A stretch of DNA of 64,000 nucleotides from Rhynchobatus australiae (taxonomy: Eukaryota). Positions 11,860 to 24,383 of the stretch are shown piece by piece (positions within the stretch are counted from its first letter, which is position 1; each line of letters opens with the position of its first letter). The DNA lies in NCBI GenBank assembly GCA_034780895.1, contig JAUZTB010000118.1, forward strand, positions 23,528,096 through 23,592,095, read 5' to 3'. Both the position numbers and the translations under genes were made by a program. The notes beneath the pieces are model-generated. The model made no database searches. It was not told the origin of the DNA and was given only the letters and a program-made list of their open reading frames with translations.

Positions 11860-13845
11860 ATTTTGAATGGATCTGAACAAATATGCCACGGTCATTACTG
11901 ACTTCATGAAGACCTGCATGGATGAGTGTGTACCCACCAAAATGTATCGAGTCTTCCCAGACCAGAAGCCATGGATGAACCAGGAGATTCATAGCCTGCT
12001 GATCTCTGGATCTGTTGTGTTCAGGACTGGCGACCCAGAGACCTACAAGAAGTCCAGGTACGACCTCCGGAAGGCAATGGTGAGAGCAAAGAGGCGATTC
12101 TGGTTGAAGCTGGAGACACAAACAAATGCTCAACGGCTGTGGCAGGGCTTGCACACCATCACCTCGAGAACGAATAGCATACATGGCAATGAGCATCACT
12201 CCATTTTATGAATGCTTTGAGAGGCAGAATAATGACACACCTGCATGAGTCCCCACAACACCCGATGACCCTGTGATCTCAGTCTTGGAGGCTGACGTCA
12301 AAACATCCTTCAGGAAGGTGAACCCTCGCCAGGAGTCAGGCCCGTACCTGGTCGAGTGTTAAAAACCCACACTGACCAACTGGCTGGAGTGTTCAGGGAC
12401 ACCTTCAACCTCTCACTTCCATAGTTTGAAGTTCCTGCCTGCTTCAGGATGGCATCAATTTTATCAGTACCCAAGAAGAGCAGGGTGACTTCCCTCAATG
12501 ACTGATGTCTGGTAGTACTTACACTTGTTGTAGTGAGGTGCTTTGAGAGACTGGTTATGGCTCAAATCAACTCCTGCTTCAGTAAGAACCTGGACACACT
12601 TCAATTTGCCTGTCACCACAATAGGCCTACAGCAGACTCTATCTCACTGGCTCTCCACTCTGCTCTGGACCACCTGAACAACTGGAATATGTATGTCAGG
12701 CAGCTGTTCATTGACTGCAGCTCAGCATTCAACACCACCACCCCCTCAAAACATCGTCAAGCTCCAAGACTTGAGCCTCTGTACCTCTGCAACTGGATCC
12801 TCAACTTCCTCACTGGGAGACCACAATCAGTACGCATCAGAACTCATCTCCTCTTCACTGACCATCAACAGAGGTGCACCTCAGGGCTGCATGCTTAGCC
12901 CCCTGCTGTACTCTCTCTGTACCTACAACTGTATGGCTAAGCATAGCTCCAACACTATCTACACATTCACAGATGACACCACTGTTGTTGGCAGAATCAT
13001 GGATGGTGACGGGGAGGCATACAGGAGTGAGAAAGGTCAGCTGGTTGAGTGGTGTCATAACAACGACCTTGCACTCAATCTCAGCAAAATGAAGGAACTG
13101 ATTGTGGGAAGGGGAAATTAGGTGAACTAGCATCAAGCCTCATTGAAAGGTCTGCAGTGGAAGGGGTGAGCGGCTTCAATTTCCTGGGTGTCACCATCTC
13201 AGAGAATCTATCTAAGGCCCAGCACATAGATACGGTCATGAAGAAGGCACACTAATGTCTCTACTTTCTTAGAAGTTTAAGGAGATTTGCCATGTCATTG
13301 AAGATTCTGACAAACCTCTACAGATATACAGTGGAAGGCATTCTGAGTGGTTGCATCACGGCCTGGTATGGGAACTCCAAAGCACAGGAACAGAGAGTGG
13401 TGGACTCAGCCAGTTCCATCACAGGTACAGCTCTCTCCACCTTCAAGGACATTTACAGGAGGTGATGTCTTAGGAAGGTGACATCCATCATTAAGGACCA
13501 TGTCCTCTTCTCATTGCTGCTATCAGGTAGGAGATACAGGAGCCTGAAGACCCACACCTCAAGGTTCAACAACAGCTTCTTCCCCACTGCCATCAGGTTC
13601 TTGAACCAACCTGTAAAACCCAAACACTACCTCAGACTGTGTTTCTTTCTCCTCTCTCTCAACTTGCTCTACTGTTGTTATGTTTATTTTGTTGTGTAAG
13701 TTCTGTATAATTTATGTTAACTTAAGTTTATGTAATTTATGTTTGTCATGTTTGTAATGTACAGTGCTGCTGCTGCAAAAAGCTAATTTTCATGGCATTT
13801 GTACCCTGGATATGTACGCCCATGACAATAAACTTGAACTTGAAC
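11860..13845 (+). mobile_element. 5'-truncated Rex1/Babar LINE with a disrupted reverse transcriptase (subfamily A)
   Basis: Successive frames give VPTK..RVFPDQKPWMN, CFERLV, LQFA...T.DSISLALH, LF.D.SSAFNT, LCNWILNFLTGRPQSVRI, GAPQGCMLSPLLYSL, FTDDTTVVG, RFNNSFFPTAIRFLN; many stops and frameshifts; ends aataaacttgaacttgaac. Confidence 0.92.
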
Positions 13846-14589
13846 ATCAGGAGGAGCAGGGGAACTTCCTGTGAACAAGATTTCGAATAAATGGCAGCAG
13901 GAATTTTGGGCGTTAGTGCACGGGTAGGTGTGAAATCATCTGTACTGACAGATGCACCTTTTCTTTGATCAGATGAAGATACAGAAAATGATTTTATTTT
14001 AAATAATTAGCCAACAGGTGACTTGCTTTGATTTTAATTCCTTGGCACTGCAACCAAGTCAGTGATGACATTCTGCCAGTAAGAATTGCACCTTCAATGA
14101 ATACCACAGTTAGTTTAAGTGGTTATAAAAATAATTGAATTCCACATCCTGACCACTAACCTTGTTTGGAAGCAATGCAAAAGAAGAGATACCCAATTAT
14201 CAGATCTTAGATTGTGGCTCCTTTTCCCATTACTCTGCTTTATCTAATGCATCGATAAGGCTTTCCTGTCAGGTCACACACAACTGAGCTTATTTCAGTC
14301 CAACCACTGTGATTCAACAATTCAATAATCAGTTCATTGCCCAGTTAGGTTGAAATGCTAATACTCAAGAAACCCATAATAACCCTACCTATTCGGGTGT
14401 GATGCAGATGGTTAAAGCAGCAGGCTCAGTACAAACATCTATATGTGAAGGGGAGGAGACAGTCAGAGAATGAGCTGAAGAATTAAGATATTAATATTGT
14501 GAACCCAGCAAGATATACCAATCTTCTTATCACAGGAGTAGATATGGCGTGGTTCAAACATCTCACTGTGGAGAAGCATGACACTATCT

Positions 14590-15100
14590 TTCTCATTATG
14601 TGTGCCTCTTGCAAGGCCGGCATTTATTGCCCATCCCTAATTACCCTGGAGGAGGTGGCAGTGAGGCGGAGTCTTTCTGGTGAAGGTACTTCCACAGTGC
14701 TGTTAAACTAAGGAGCTCCACAACTTAGACCCAGTGATGGTGAAGGACCTATGATACATTTTCACATCAGGACAGTATGCAGCCTGGAGGGGAAGCTGCA
14801 GGTGGTGGCATCCCCATGCACCTCCACTTGGAGGTAGAAGTTGCAGGTTTGGGAGACACTGGTGAAGTAGCCTGCGTGGATAACTGTGCAAACTGCATAA
14901 ATGCTGCAACAGTGGGGGAAGGAATGTGGTGGATGAGGCACCTATGAAGCAGGCTGCTTTGCTCTGGATGGTGTTGAGTTTCTTGAGTGTTGCTGGAGGT
15001 GCACTCATCCAGGCACGTGGAGAGTATGTGATCCCTTTGTGGCTTGTGACTTGTTGATGGGGGAATAGTTCTAGCATGCCTCATGGCAGGGTACTCGACC
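14590..15100 (-). mobile_element. Old CR1/L2-group LINE 3' portion
   Basis: Minus frame YSPRAWMSAPPATLKKLNTIQSKAACFIG, and a 3' end ...gggtaattagggatgggcaataaatgccggccttgc. Confidence 0.75.
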
Positions 15101-15424
15101 TGCTCCTGTTGTCACATGTGGCTGGTGTGTGACTTTGAGTGGGACCAGCTCGTAAAGGTGACACTGAAATATTTAAGTCTGGCTTGCACTGGGCAATTGG
15201 CAGCTGAAATGACAACTGACCATCGTTGCATCTGTTGCTTTGGCAATGGGGGTTAGGCAGAGCTTCATCAGGAAACTCAGCAGCGAAACAAGGCAGGAAC
15301 TGCTGACTCACCAAGTGAAGTTCCAGCAAATCATGTCCTTTGTTTGCCAGGATCTTTCATTAAGAGTGGGCAACTACTTTTGAGTCTGGCATTCTGTGAT
15401 CCAGCAGCTCCTGTGGTCCCACGT

Positions 15425-15910
15425 GTTTTGGTATGGCTACCGCCCTGCCCGAGATGGCAAGAAATTACAGAGTTGTGAATGCAGCCGAGTCCATCACGCA
15501 AACCAGCCTCCTCTCCATTGACTCCGTCTATACTTTCTGCTTCCTCCAGTAGGCAGCCAACATAATCAAGGATCCCTCCCACTACATTCATTCTTTTTGC
15601 TGCCTGTTGGGCAGAAGATACAAAAGCCTGAGAGCACGAACCACCATACTCAAGGACAGCTTCTATCTCAGTGTGACCAGACTCTTGAACGGACCTCTCA
15701 TACAATAAAAATGAACTCTTGATCTCTCAATCTACCCCATTGTGACCCTTGCACTTTATTTGTCTCCCAGCACCGCACTTTCTCTGTAAATATAACATTA
15801 TATTCTGCATTCTGCAATTGTGTTTCCTTTTGTACTACCTCGATGTATATATGTATGGAATGATCTGTCTGGATGGCATGCAAAGAAAGCTTTTCACTGT
15901 ATCCTGGTAG
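15425..15910 (+). mobile_element. Rex1/Babar-type LINE 3' end (subfamily B)
   Basis: LQRVVNAAESIT...NIIKDPSH...LKDSFY-like sequence plus the shared 3'UTR. Confidence 0.8.
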
Positions 15911-15914
15911 AGTT

Positions 15915-16000
15915 TTGTGTGCCATTCATACAGATAATTTCTAAACTTAAATACATCAAGGTAGTACAGGGAAAAGCAATAGTAGAATGCAGAATATCTA
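15915..16000 (-). mobile_element. Inverted fragment of subfamily-B 3'UTR
   Basis: tacatcaaggtagtacagggaaaagcaatagtagaatgcagaata is the reverse complement of the UTR at about 15800-15850. Confidence 0.65.
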
Positions 16001-16159
16001 ACTAAGATCTAAAATTCCTGAGATCTGTACTAATCTGCAGCTAATTAATCTACCAGTGCAACTTTTCTCAGACAACAGCATTTCCAACTTACGGAAACTT
16101 TGGGTTATGGACAGTTCTTGAAACCCCAACATAACCCAGGGAGTGTCTACACTTCAGGA

Positions 16160-16265
16160 ACAGTATCAGGTTTAATATCACTGACTTAAACAGTATGAAA
16201 TTTGTTGTTTTGCGGCAGCAGTGCAGTGCAAAGACATAGAAGTGACTATGAATTACAAAATAAAC
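16160..16265 (-). mobile_element. Rex1/Babar-type 3' terminal fragment
   Basis: Reverse complement resembles 58960-59060 (tttgcactgcactgctgccgcaaaacaacaaatttc). Confidence 0.65.
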
Positions 16266-17009
16266 TAAAAAGAATAGTTCCCTTGCTCAGAGCAAGATGA
16301 TCAGGAGGCAATTTCTGTGGTCTGGCACCAATCAGATCCCAAGGGTGCTGGACCAGAGACTTTCATCATGGACTGTTTTTCATTGCCATATCTTCCATTT
16401 GACCAGCAGGGCTAAAACAATGTTCAGGGGGGCCTCATCATAAACTCAGCAGGATTCCCAACCCTACAGGATTTGTCTGCCATTTCCAGCCTCCTCCTGT
16501 GCTCTCTTGTCAATATTAGAGTCAAATGAACACTAAGCTGGCACAGCACAGTACTTGCATGGAGTCAATATGGGAAATAATGAAACATAAGATCTAGACG
16601 TGATAAATCATGAACTAATTACAAACAAATCGGTAGACTTATTTAGAAATAAAACAGAGAGCAGGTTAAAGGTGAGCTGGGACCCAGGTGTCAGTCATGA
16701 ATGTCTTCACAACTTCAAATCTCCAAGATAAATAACTGTCATTAGTGACTGACTCAGGCCTCAGAGAATATAACAGCTGTCTGTTCACAGAATGAAACAC
16801 TCATGTGCTTGTAATGTCAGAAAATGGATTGCTGAGGAACCAGTGATGTCAATCATAGCTCAACATGGAGTGGGTCTTTCAGAGTCTCCTTCCTAATTAC
16901 CAGGGCTTCGTTGAGTCAGCACAAAGGCGCAAGATGTCCAGATCTTTCCCCTCTTGTGCCTATGTGCTGACTCATCACTGAGCACAAATCTACCAACCAA
17001 TAGGGTTGA

Positions 17010-17350
17010 AGAAGCACAGAAACAGGAACTTCAACTCACCAAGTCCACACTGACCATCAACTACCCATTTACACTAATTCAATTTTATTCTCCCCACATT
17101 CCTCATCTGCTTCCCCCAGATTCCAGCACTCATCTACACACATTAATGACATTCAGTTACAGCAGCCAACTAACCTACCCACCACATGTCTTTGGGATGT
17201 GGGAGGGAACTGGAGCACTGGGGGAAATTCCACTCAGTTACAGGAAAAAACGTGCAAACTCCATGCAGACAGCACCCAAGGTCAGGATTGAACCCAAGTC
17301 TCTGGCGCTTTGAGGCAACGGCTCTCTCAGCTGCACCACTGTGCCACCCC
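17010..17350 (-). mobile_element. V-SINE (HE1-like)
   Basis: Same head, core and tail organisation as 3430-3745. Confidence 0.85.
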
Positions 17351-18714
17351 ATGGCAGAAGAATTGGTGATGGGCCAAAGGACCTGCTTCTGTGATGTACA
17401 ACTCTATGACTCTAAGTACTCCCAAGCAGTCACTGCCCCTTCACTACCAATGTTCTTGGGTAGCCCCACCCTCAAGTCAGTCCCCATTTCTCAGTCATCA
17501 CCTTGATCGACTCATGACTGATCACCTTGACAACGGGGTTCAGCCTCCCTCCTTTTGCATAATGCGATTCTCCTGAAACTCCTCCCCACACACCCCCACC
17601 ACTCACTCTGGCCTCAAGGATATTCTTGCCCCTCCTCTCCTGACCATCTCCCTCTGCACCACTCTTCTCTGGTCCCATCCGTAAGTAAGGACAACATGCA
17701 AACATCAGGCAGGTCAGGACTAAACCCAGGTCATTAGAGCCATGAGGGAGCTACTCTACCAGCTGTGCCGACCAGTACATTGTCCCGGACAGTTCTTTAG
17801 GTTTGATGCCTGTTAGTTTTTGTCAGCAGTCTTTTCCAGAAGGAAACATCACAACTATGGTGCTTCACCTCTCCACCTGCCACATGAACAGACTTCTTGC
17901 ACCAGCAAATCAGAAGCAGTATTTCTGCTTTATACTTCTGTCTTTCTTGCTCAGGATCTGGGGGCAGAGAAATCAATGCAGACGAAGGTTATTAATAGGC
18001 ATGTGGCTAACTACCTTTGCTAAATGAACCGTCAAAAAAGCCTGAGTTTAAAATAATGAACGGCCCAGCAATGAAGAGGGCAGAACAGAATGATTTTGAG
18101 ATCACAGTCGAAGCAGAGATCATTGCTACATTTTATTAGCATTTAAATGAGCTGTCTCATCTCAGACATTTCTTTGACATTTATTTGCTTGACGAAATCC
18201 TTATCTAGAGCTACATAACTGAGAAGGTCATCAAAACTGTCCATCCAATGATAGCCTTGGATTTTTATAGGCAAATAAATTGTGTAATTTGCACATTGTT
18301 AAACCAGCAGATTTACAGCTTTGCTGCTGCACTCTGCTGACACAAACAGACATTCCCACACTGATATGTAGCAGCTGAACTTCCATATTTGACACGAAGA
18401 ATATTGTAACACAATACTATTCTTCATTTTCTTTCCCTGCTCACCACACCCCTCCACCCCCCGAAGGTTTTTCTCCTCATTGACTGAAAGTGGGTGCCTC
18501 ATCTGAGATACATTTCTCTGCAAGCATGCTTTGATAGCAGACCTGCTATTTTATCACATACAATATCACAGCCCATCCCAATCTTTCATCCAGAATCACT
18601 CTCTTCAGTAAGAAACAATGCCTATCGGTCAAAAGCAAGTTGTCTGCCAGTAATTTTTCTGCTCTCCTGAACTCAGCCCCATCACAGAGGTCTCATTGTA
18701 ATTTAGTTTCTTCA

Positions 18715-18920
18715 TAAGATGCAGGCACTGCAGGCAAGGTTAATGTTTGACACCCATCCCTGGTTGTCCTTTAAGAGGGCATCCTTCTTGAATGCATTGA
18801 AGGGAGTTGTTTGATACATCTACTTGCTAGATATTGCAGTCAGTCATTAAGATTCATCCACACAGCTGTGGATTTTGAGGCCAGACTGAGTTAAGGAGAG
18901 AAAATCTCCCTCTCTAAAGT
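18715..18920 (-). mobile_element. Old LINE/SINE 3' fragment of the CR1/L2-group tail family
   Basis: gatgcaggcactgcaggcaaggttaatgtttgacacccatccctggttgtcctt resembles the 14.6 kb and 35.4 kb ends. Confidence 0.45.
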
Positions 18921-18934
18921 ACACTTGTGGCACC

Positions 18935-19085
18935 TCAAGCATCAAAGAACTTGCTGGAGGAACTCAGCAGGTCGAGCACCATCTGTGGGAGGAAAAGAAT
19001 TGTTGACGTTTCGGGCTGAGACCCTGCATCAGGACTGATTGTTTGTTGCTCCAGATTCCAGCATCCACAGTCTCTCTTGTGGCTT
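18935..19085 (-). mobile_element. Penelope-derived non-autonomous element with a hammerhead-like core
   Basis: Minus strand reads cagtc CTGATGC a ggg tctcag ccc GAAA cgtc aac, then tcccacagatggtgctcgacctgctgagttcctccagc. Confidence 0.75.
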
Positions 19086-20189
19086 ATTGGTGACACTTCA
19101 TCTGAGATCGAAACCACTGGCCCTCAGTTTCACACCAGAGGATGCAATATCCTGGTTAAGCCACCAGCAAAGCTCACCAGTTTTCTTCTGCAATATCAGT
19201 GTCTGAAACTTCCAAAGAGACCCAGGAAACAGTGAGAAGAGGAGGAAAGTCCATTAAAAACAACAGCATGGTACAAGTGTTTGTTCAGAAGGGATGAGGG
19301 AAACTACTTGACTGGCCGAGTATTTGGTGGTAAAACTGACAAAGACCAGGAACAACATAATTCTGTTAATTATAAAATTTGGAGTTAATGAGCTATGCTG
19401 TAGCATGACCAAGACGTGTCACCCAGGAGTGCTACAACAGGAAAGCTGTTTAGATCCACAAAGCAAAGCCACAAATCCAGCGATAAACAGATCGAATGGT
19501 CTTTTCTTCCCCCTACATAGTTAAGACCCAGCCTCCATTTCCTCCCCTCTCCTCCTCAAACTGTAGAATTTTGCTCGGTATAGTTCCTGACCTGAACAGA
19601 AAGCACTGTCTCTGAGGATTTTATGGAAGTGCATTTTCAAGCAGGCTTTCAAAAAATATTTTTCATTACTTTTTAATAGTTATTGCACACATGATCGGGC
19701 AATGGAAAATGGTTAGTTCAAAAGTAAGCCATTTGAAAATTTATGGTCTGGTTTATAGCCCCAATGATAATGTGAGATGCATGCTAAGTGCTTGCAATTG
19801 TTATTTTTTCACAGCTGCAGGTGTTCACTTTTCAGACACCAATGGTTTCATGCAATACTGCCATCATCTTGGCATATTTCCAGCATACATCTGTGGGATT
19901 TATTTCTTATTCTGCTCCAATTATTTCATAGTGCTGGAGGTTACAATGCAGCATTAGAGCTCAATCAAGCTGGCTTGTCGAATTTGCTATGTCTTCAATG
20001 CAGAATAAAGCAGTTGGTCAACATTCAGCTGTAAATTAACAGCCAAACACACTCTGTCAATGCCAACCGCGCAGAGAGCACATCGGATTCCTTCGCTGTC
20101 CATCGAGATTTGCTTCTTCCTGTGTGGTCACAAGGGGAGGTTCCATCTGGCACTTGCCAAGGGGAGTGATTGTCAGAGCGAACAAGAAT

Positions 20190-20780
20190 GTAGCACCAGG
20201 CTCAAGGACAGCTTTTATCTTGCTGTCGTAAGACTGCCGAGCCTGGCATTTTGTGGTCTGCAACTCCCATGGTCCAATGTGTTTTGATACTGCAACTGCT
20301 CTGCCCAAGACCAATAGAAATTGCAGAGAGTTGTGATCACAGCCCAGTCCATCATGCAAACTAACCTCCCTCCATTGACTCTGTCTGCACTTCCCACTGC
20401 CTCGGGAAAGNNNNNNNNNNAGCCAACATAATCGAGGATCCAACGCACTCCGGACATTCTCTCTTCTCCCTTCCCTGATTAGGAAGGACATACGAGAGAT
20501 TGAGAACATGTACCACCAGACTCAAGGACAGCGTCTATCCCACTGTTATCAGACTCTTGAATGGATCTCTTATACGATAAACTCTTGATCTCTCAATCTA
20601 CCTCATTATGGCCCTTGCACCTTATTTGTCTACCTGCACTGTACTTCTTAACTGTAACACTCTATTCTGTGTCCTGCTGCTTTATTTTCCTTTTGCATTA
20701 ACTCAATGTACTTATGCATGGAATGAGCTGTCTGGATGTGATGCAAACAAAGCTTTTCACTGTATTTACATGTACAATTG
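20190..20780 (+). mobile_element. Rex1/Babar-type LINE 3' end (subfamily B)
   Basis: aactgctctgcccaagacc...ttgcagagagttgtg...ctcaaggacagcgtctatccc plus the shared UTR; a short duplicate piece sits at 20190-20237. Confidence 0.8.
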
Positions 20781-21184
20781 CCACATGAGAGCATCTCAGG
20801 AAATAGAGGGAGTGCAGTCATGATTTCCTGCCCATTTCACAAGAGGCTGCATGTCTATAATATATCTTAGAATGTGCTCTATGCTGGGAGTGATAGATTA
20901 TGCGCAGTTCTTTAAAACACAGACTGTGAAGTTCCTCCTATCCAGTATCTACAGAGTTACTAAAACGTTAATTGTGTCCTTCATATCCATTGTTCATCAC
21001 TAATCATTAATGCTCAGTCTGCTCCTGCCTGAACAACAAAAAAACCCAGATGACTTTCAAACAGGAAGAGGTTTTGTCCATTGCAGTTATAATGCAATCA
21101 AAGTGCCACATTTTATGCAGTGGTTGAGTTATTCAGGTCACAAACCTCATTCCAGTCTTTGTATTGCTTCCTTACAGACTGAGT

Positions 21185-21702
21185 AAGTGGTTACCAGGAC
21201 ATTGAAGAACATAGCACCAAATATGATAACTGCAGGGAGTTGTGGACACAGCTCAGCACACCACAGAATCCAGCCTCCCCTCCATGGACACTGTCTACAC
21301 TTCACGCTGCCTCAGTAAAGCAGCCAACATAATCAAACGTGCTTCCCACCTCAAGACATTCCCTCTTCTTCTCCCTCCCATCAGGCAGAAGATATAATAG
21401 CCTGAAAGCATGTACCATCAAGCTCAAGGACAGCTTCTATGCCATTGTCATAAGACTATTAAACGGATCTCTTGTATGATAAGGTGGACTCCTGACCCCA
21501 CAATCTACCTCATCATGGCCTTGCACCTTAATGTCTACCTGCCCTGCACTTCTCTGTAACTGTTACATGTTAGTCCACACTCTGTTATTGTTTTCCCTTG
21601 TACTACCTCAATACACTGATATGATGAAATTATCTGTATGGATGGCATGCAAGACAAAGTTTTTCACTGTACCTCGGTACATGTGAAAATAATAAACCAA
21701 TT
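21185..21702 (+). mobile_element. Rex1/Babar-type LINE 3' end (subfamily B)
   Basis: Same ORF end and UTR, ending aataataaaccaat. Confidence 0.82.
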
Positions 21703-22084
21703 TAGCAACTTACAAAATCCAAAGCTGTCCCTGGAAAGCACTGCTTGCATATTAGTGCAACACATTCCTTGCATCCAAGAACCAAGGTCATTAAGAAATA
21801 GATACAACTTCTTTTAGATAAAAATGTTGTAGCAACCCTCTCAAAATAGTGGACGAAGGAATATGACCGAAATGCAATGTATTCACAGCAAATGAAAATC
21901 AAAAAAAAATAGAAAATGCTGGAAAAAAATCAGCAGGCCAGGCANNNNNNNNNNNNNNNNNNNNNNNNNNNNNNNNNNNNNNNNNNNNNNNNNNNNNNNN
22001 NNNNNNNNNNNNNNNNNNNNNNNNNNNNNNNNNNNNNNNNNNNNGACGTAATTGCAATGTATTCACAGCAAATTAAAAGCAAAA

Positions 22085-22240
22085 AAAAATAGAAAATGCT
22101 GGAAAAAAATCAGCAGGCCAGGCAGCATCTGTGGAAAGAGAAATGATCCTGTCAAGGGTCACTGAACCAAAACTTTGGCTGTTTCTCTTTCCACAGATGC
22201 TGCCTGACCTGCTGAGTATTTTCAGAACTGTCTGTTTTCA
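22085..22240. mobile_element. Penelope-derived fold-back (inverted pLTR arms)
   Basis: cagcaggccaggcagcatctgtggaaagagaaa ... tttctctttccacagatgctgcctgacctgctg: 33-bp arms with one mismatch. Confidence 0.75.
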
Positions 22241-22429
22241 TGCAATGTATTCATAGGCAGACATGGCAATGTGGGGACTAACATTGGCAGGCCATAGATA
22301 CAGCTTGAAAACACATAACAGATTTTTTACCCAAAAATTAAACCTTCATTGTATTGATAGATACAAGCACAATTTACAACAAAATGAGGGATAAAATCCC
22401 CTAGCAGCTTGTTTTATTGTCTACACTCA

Positions 22430-22685
22430 CAGTGCTGATGCAGTGTCACAACCTGAAACATCGACCACCTCTCCCTCCCCCACATGGCCCCATCTGCCCA
22501 TCAACTCCCTCTTCACCTGGTTCCACCTATCGCTTCCCAGCACCTGCTTCACCCCTCCATCTCAGCTATTTATACTGGCTATCCCCCTTCTGCACTCTGT
22601 CCTGATGCAGGGTCTCAACCATCCCTTTGCCTCCCCAGATGCTGCCTGCCCCCCTGAGTCCTTCTACCAGTTTGTTTTCTGCTGA
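22430..22685 (+). mobile_element. Penelope-derived pLTR with two hammerhead-like remnants
   Basis: ctgatgcagtgtcacaacctgaaacatcgac at about 22436 and gtcctgatgcagggtctcaacc at about 22600, with a pyrimidine-rich spacer. Confidence 0.7.
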
Positions 22686-22949
22686 GGGATAAACTGGAAA
22701 GAAGCAGTATGCACTGTGCAAGGGTCTGAGGATAACAACTCAAAGACTCTTTGGGTAGTTTCAAGAATGCAGCTGAGATATCAGTGTCTGTCCTGTCTCC
22801 AAAGGCAGCAACTAAGAGAAAACCTGGAAGTGGAGACTGAAGAAAATAAAAGAATGAGCTAATTGCGGCCAATGGTTTTACTAAGACCTGTGGCAGCATC
22901 AGCTCTTCCACATCGCCTTCCGGTGATGCTGCCACATTCCCAGTCTCTT

Positions 22950-23185
22950 AATTCTACCTCTTTGGGTCATTCTGTTACTGACACTTTAGCATTTCTTTTC
23001 GCAATACTTCCTATTGTACTACTATCTTTGCACCATTATCTTGTACTTTGCACCAATCTGTTGTTTTGCGCTTGTCTCTGTATTTATTGTATTATTATTA
23101 CCGTGTAAGCTGTTTACTCTGGAGCAAGGAATTTCATTGCACCCTGGTGGATATGACAATAAACTTATCTTAATCTGAATCTGAG
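22950..23185 (+). mobile_element. LINE 3'UTR fragment (Rex1-like) with a (TCTGAA)-type tail
   Basis: gagcaaggaatttcattgcaccctggtggatatgacaataaacttatcttaatctgaatctga. Confidence 0.6.
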
Positions 23186-23439
23186 GGGAATGAGGCAATC
23201 ATGAGTGCACCAAGTCCAATCAATATAAGCAAACTGTGAAAATATTCTCAAAATCACCACCTGATAATCAAACTTAATTAAATTGAACTGATTTTGAAAT
23301 TTTGAAATTGAAATAAAATTAAACTGATAAGAAAATACTAGCTTTAGCTTGCTGACAAAGGTATCTTTACAAAACTGCACTGCAAACTTTTCAGCTGCAG
23401 CAGGTTAACTCCTTAGTTTGGAGTTCCTTGGCTGCTAGA

Positions 23440-23569
23440 ATCTACGTAGCGGTGAACGTAACGCTTTACAGTGCCAGTGACACGGGTTCAAGTCCAGCCA
23501 CTGTCTGTAAGGAGTTTGTACGTTCTCCCCGCGTCTGCGTGGGTTTCCTCCGGGTGCTCCGGTTTCCTC
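23440..23569 (+). mobile_element. Young V-SINE 5' part (subfamily 2); probable tail at 24130-24212 beyond the gap
   Basis: gtagcggtgaacgtaacgctttacagtgccagtgacacgggttcaagtcc...gtacgttctccccgcgtctgcgtgggtttcctccgggtgctccggtttcctc. Confidence 0.88.
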
Positions 23570-24383
23570 NNNNNNNNNNNNNNNNNNNNNNNNNNNNNNN
23601 NNNNNNNNNNNNNNNNNNNNNNNNNNNNNNNNNNNNNNNNNNNNNNNNNNNNNNNNNNNNNNNNNNNNNNNNNNNNNNNNNNNNNNNNNNNNNNNNNNNN
23701 NNNNNNNNNNNNNNNNNNNNNNNNNNNNNNNNNNNNNNNNNNNNNNNNNNNNNNNNNNNNNNNNNNNNNNNNNNNNNNNNNNNNNNNNNNNNNNNNNNNN
23801 NNNNNNNNNNNNNNNNNNNNNNNNNNNNNNNNNNNNNNNNNNNNNNNNNNNNNNNNNNNNNNNNNNNNNNNNNNNNNNNNNNNNNNNNNNNNNNNNNNNN
23901 NNNNNNNNNNNNNNNNNNNNNNNNNNNNNNNNNNNNNNNNNNNNNNNNNNNNNNNNNNNNNNNNNNNNNNNNNNNNNNNNNNNNNNNNNNNNNNNNNNNN
24001 NNNNNNNNNNNNNNNNNNNNNNNNNNNNNNNNNNNNNNNNNNNNNNNNNNNNNNNNNNNNNNNNNNNNNNNNNNNNNNNNNNNNNNNNNNNNNNNNNNNN
24101 NNNNNNNNNNNNNNNNNNNNNNNNNNNNCAAGGCTATAAGGGGAGGGTATGAGACTGATGGGATCACTCTGTTGGGAGCTGACTTGGACTCAATGGGCCA
24201 AATGGCCTCAACCAGTGAGTACCTCTTCATTCATTGATTTATCTGAAAGGTACCCCTAACATTACAGAGTGTTTATTTTCATTCGTTGAGATTCAATCAA
24301 TATGAGTCAATGCAAAAAATTAGCATCTTTTTCCCACCATTGTTTTACCTCTAAGTTGTATTTCAGTTGAAGGAACTCTTCCT

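Noticed and set aside
11867-13121. Functional reverse transcriptase gene
   Set aside because: It is a 5'-truncated Rex1/Babar copy with multiple stops and frameshifts.
23440-23510. tRNA-like A/B boxes
   Set aside because: This is a SINE head continuing into the V-domain, with no cloverleaf; it is not a tRNA gene.
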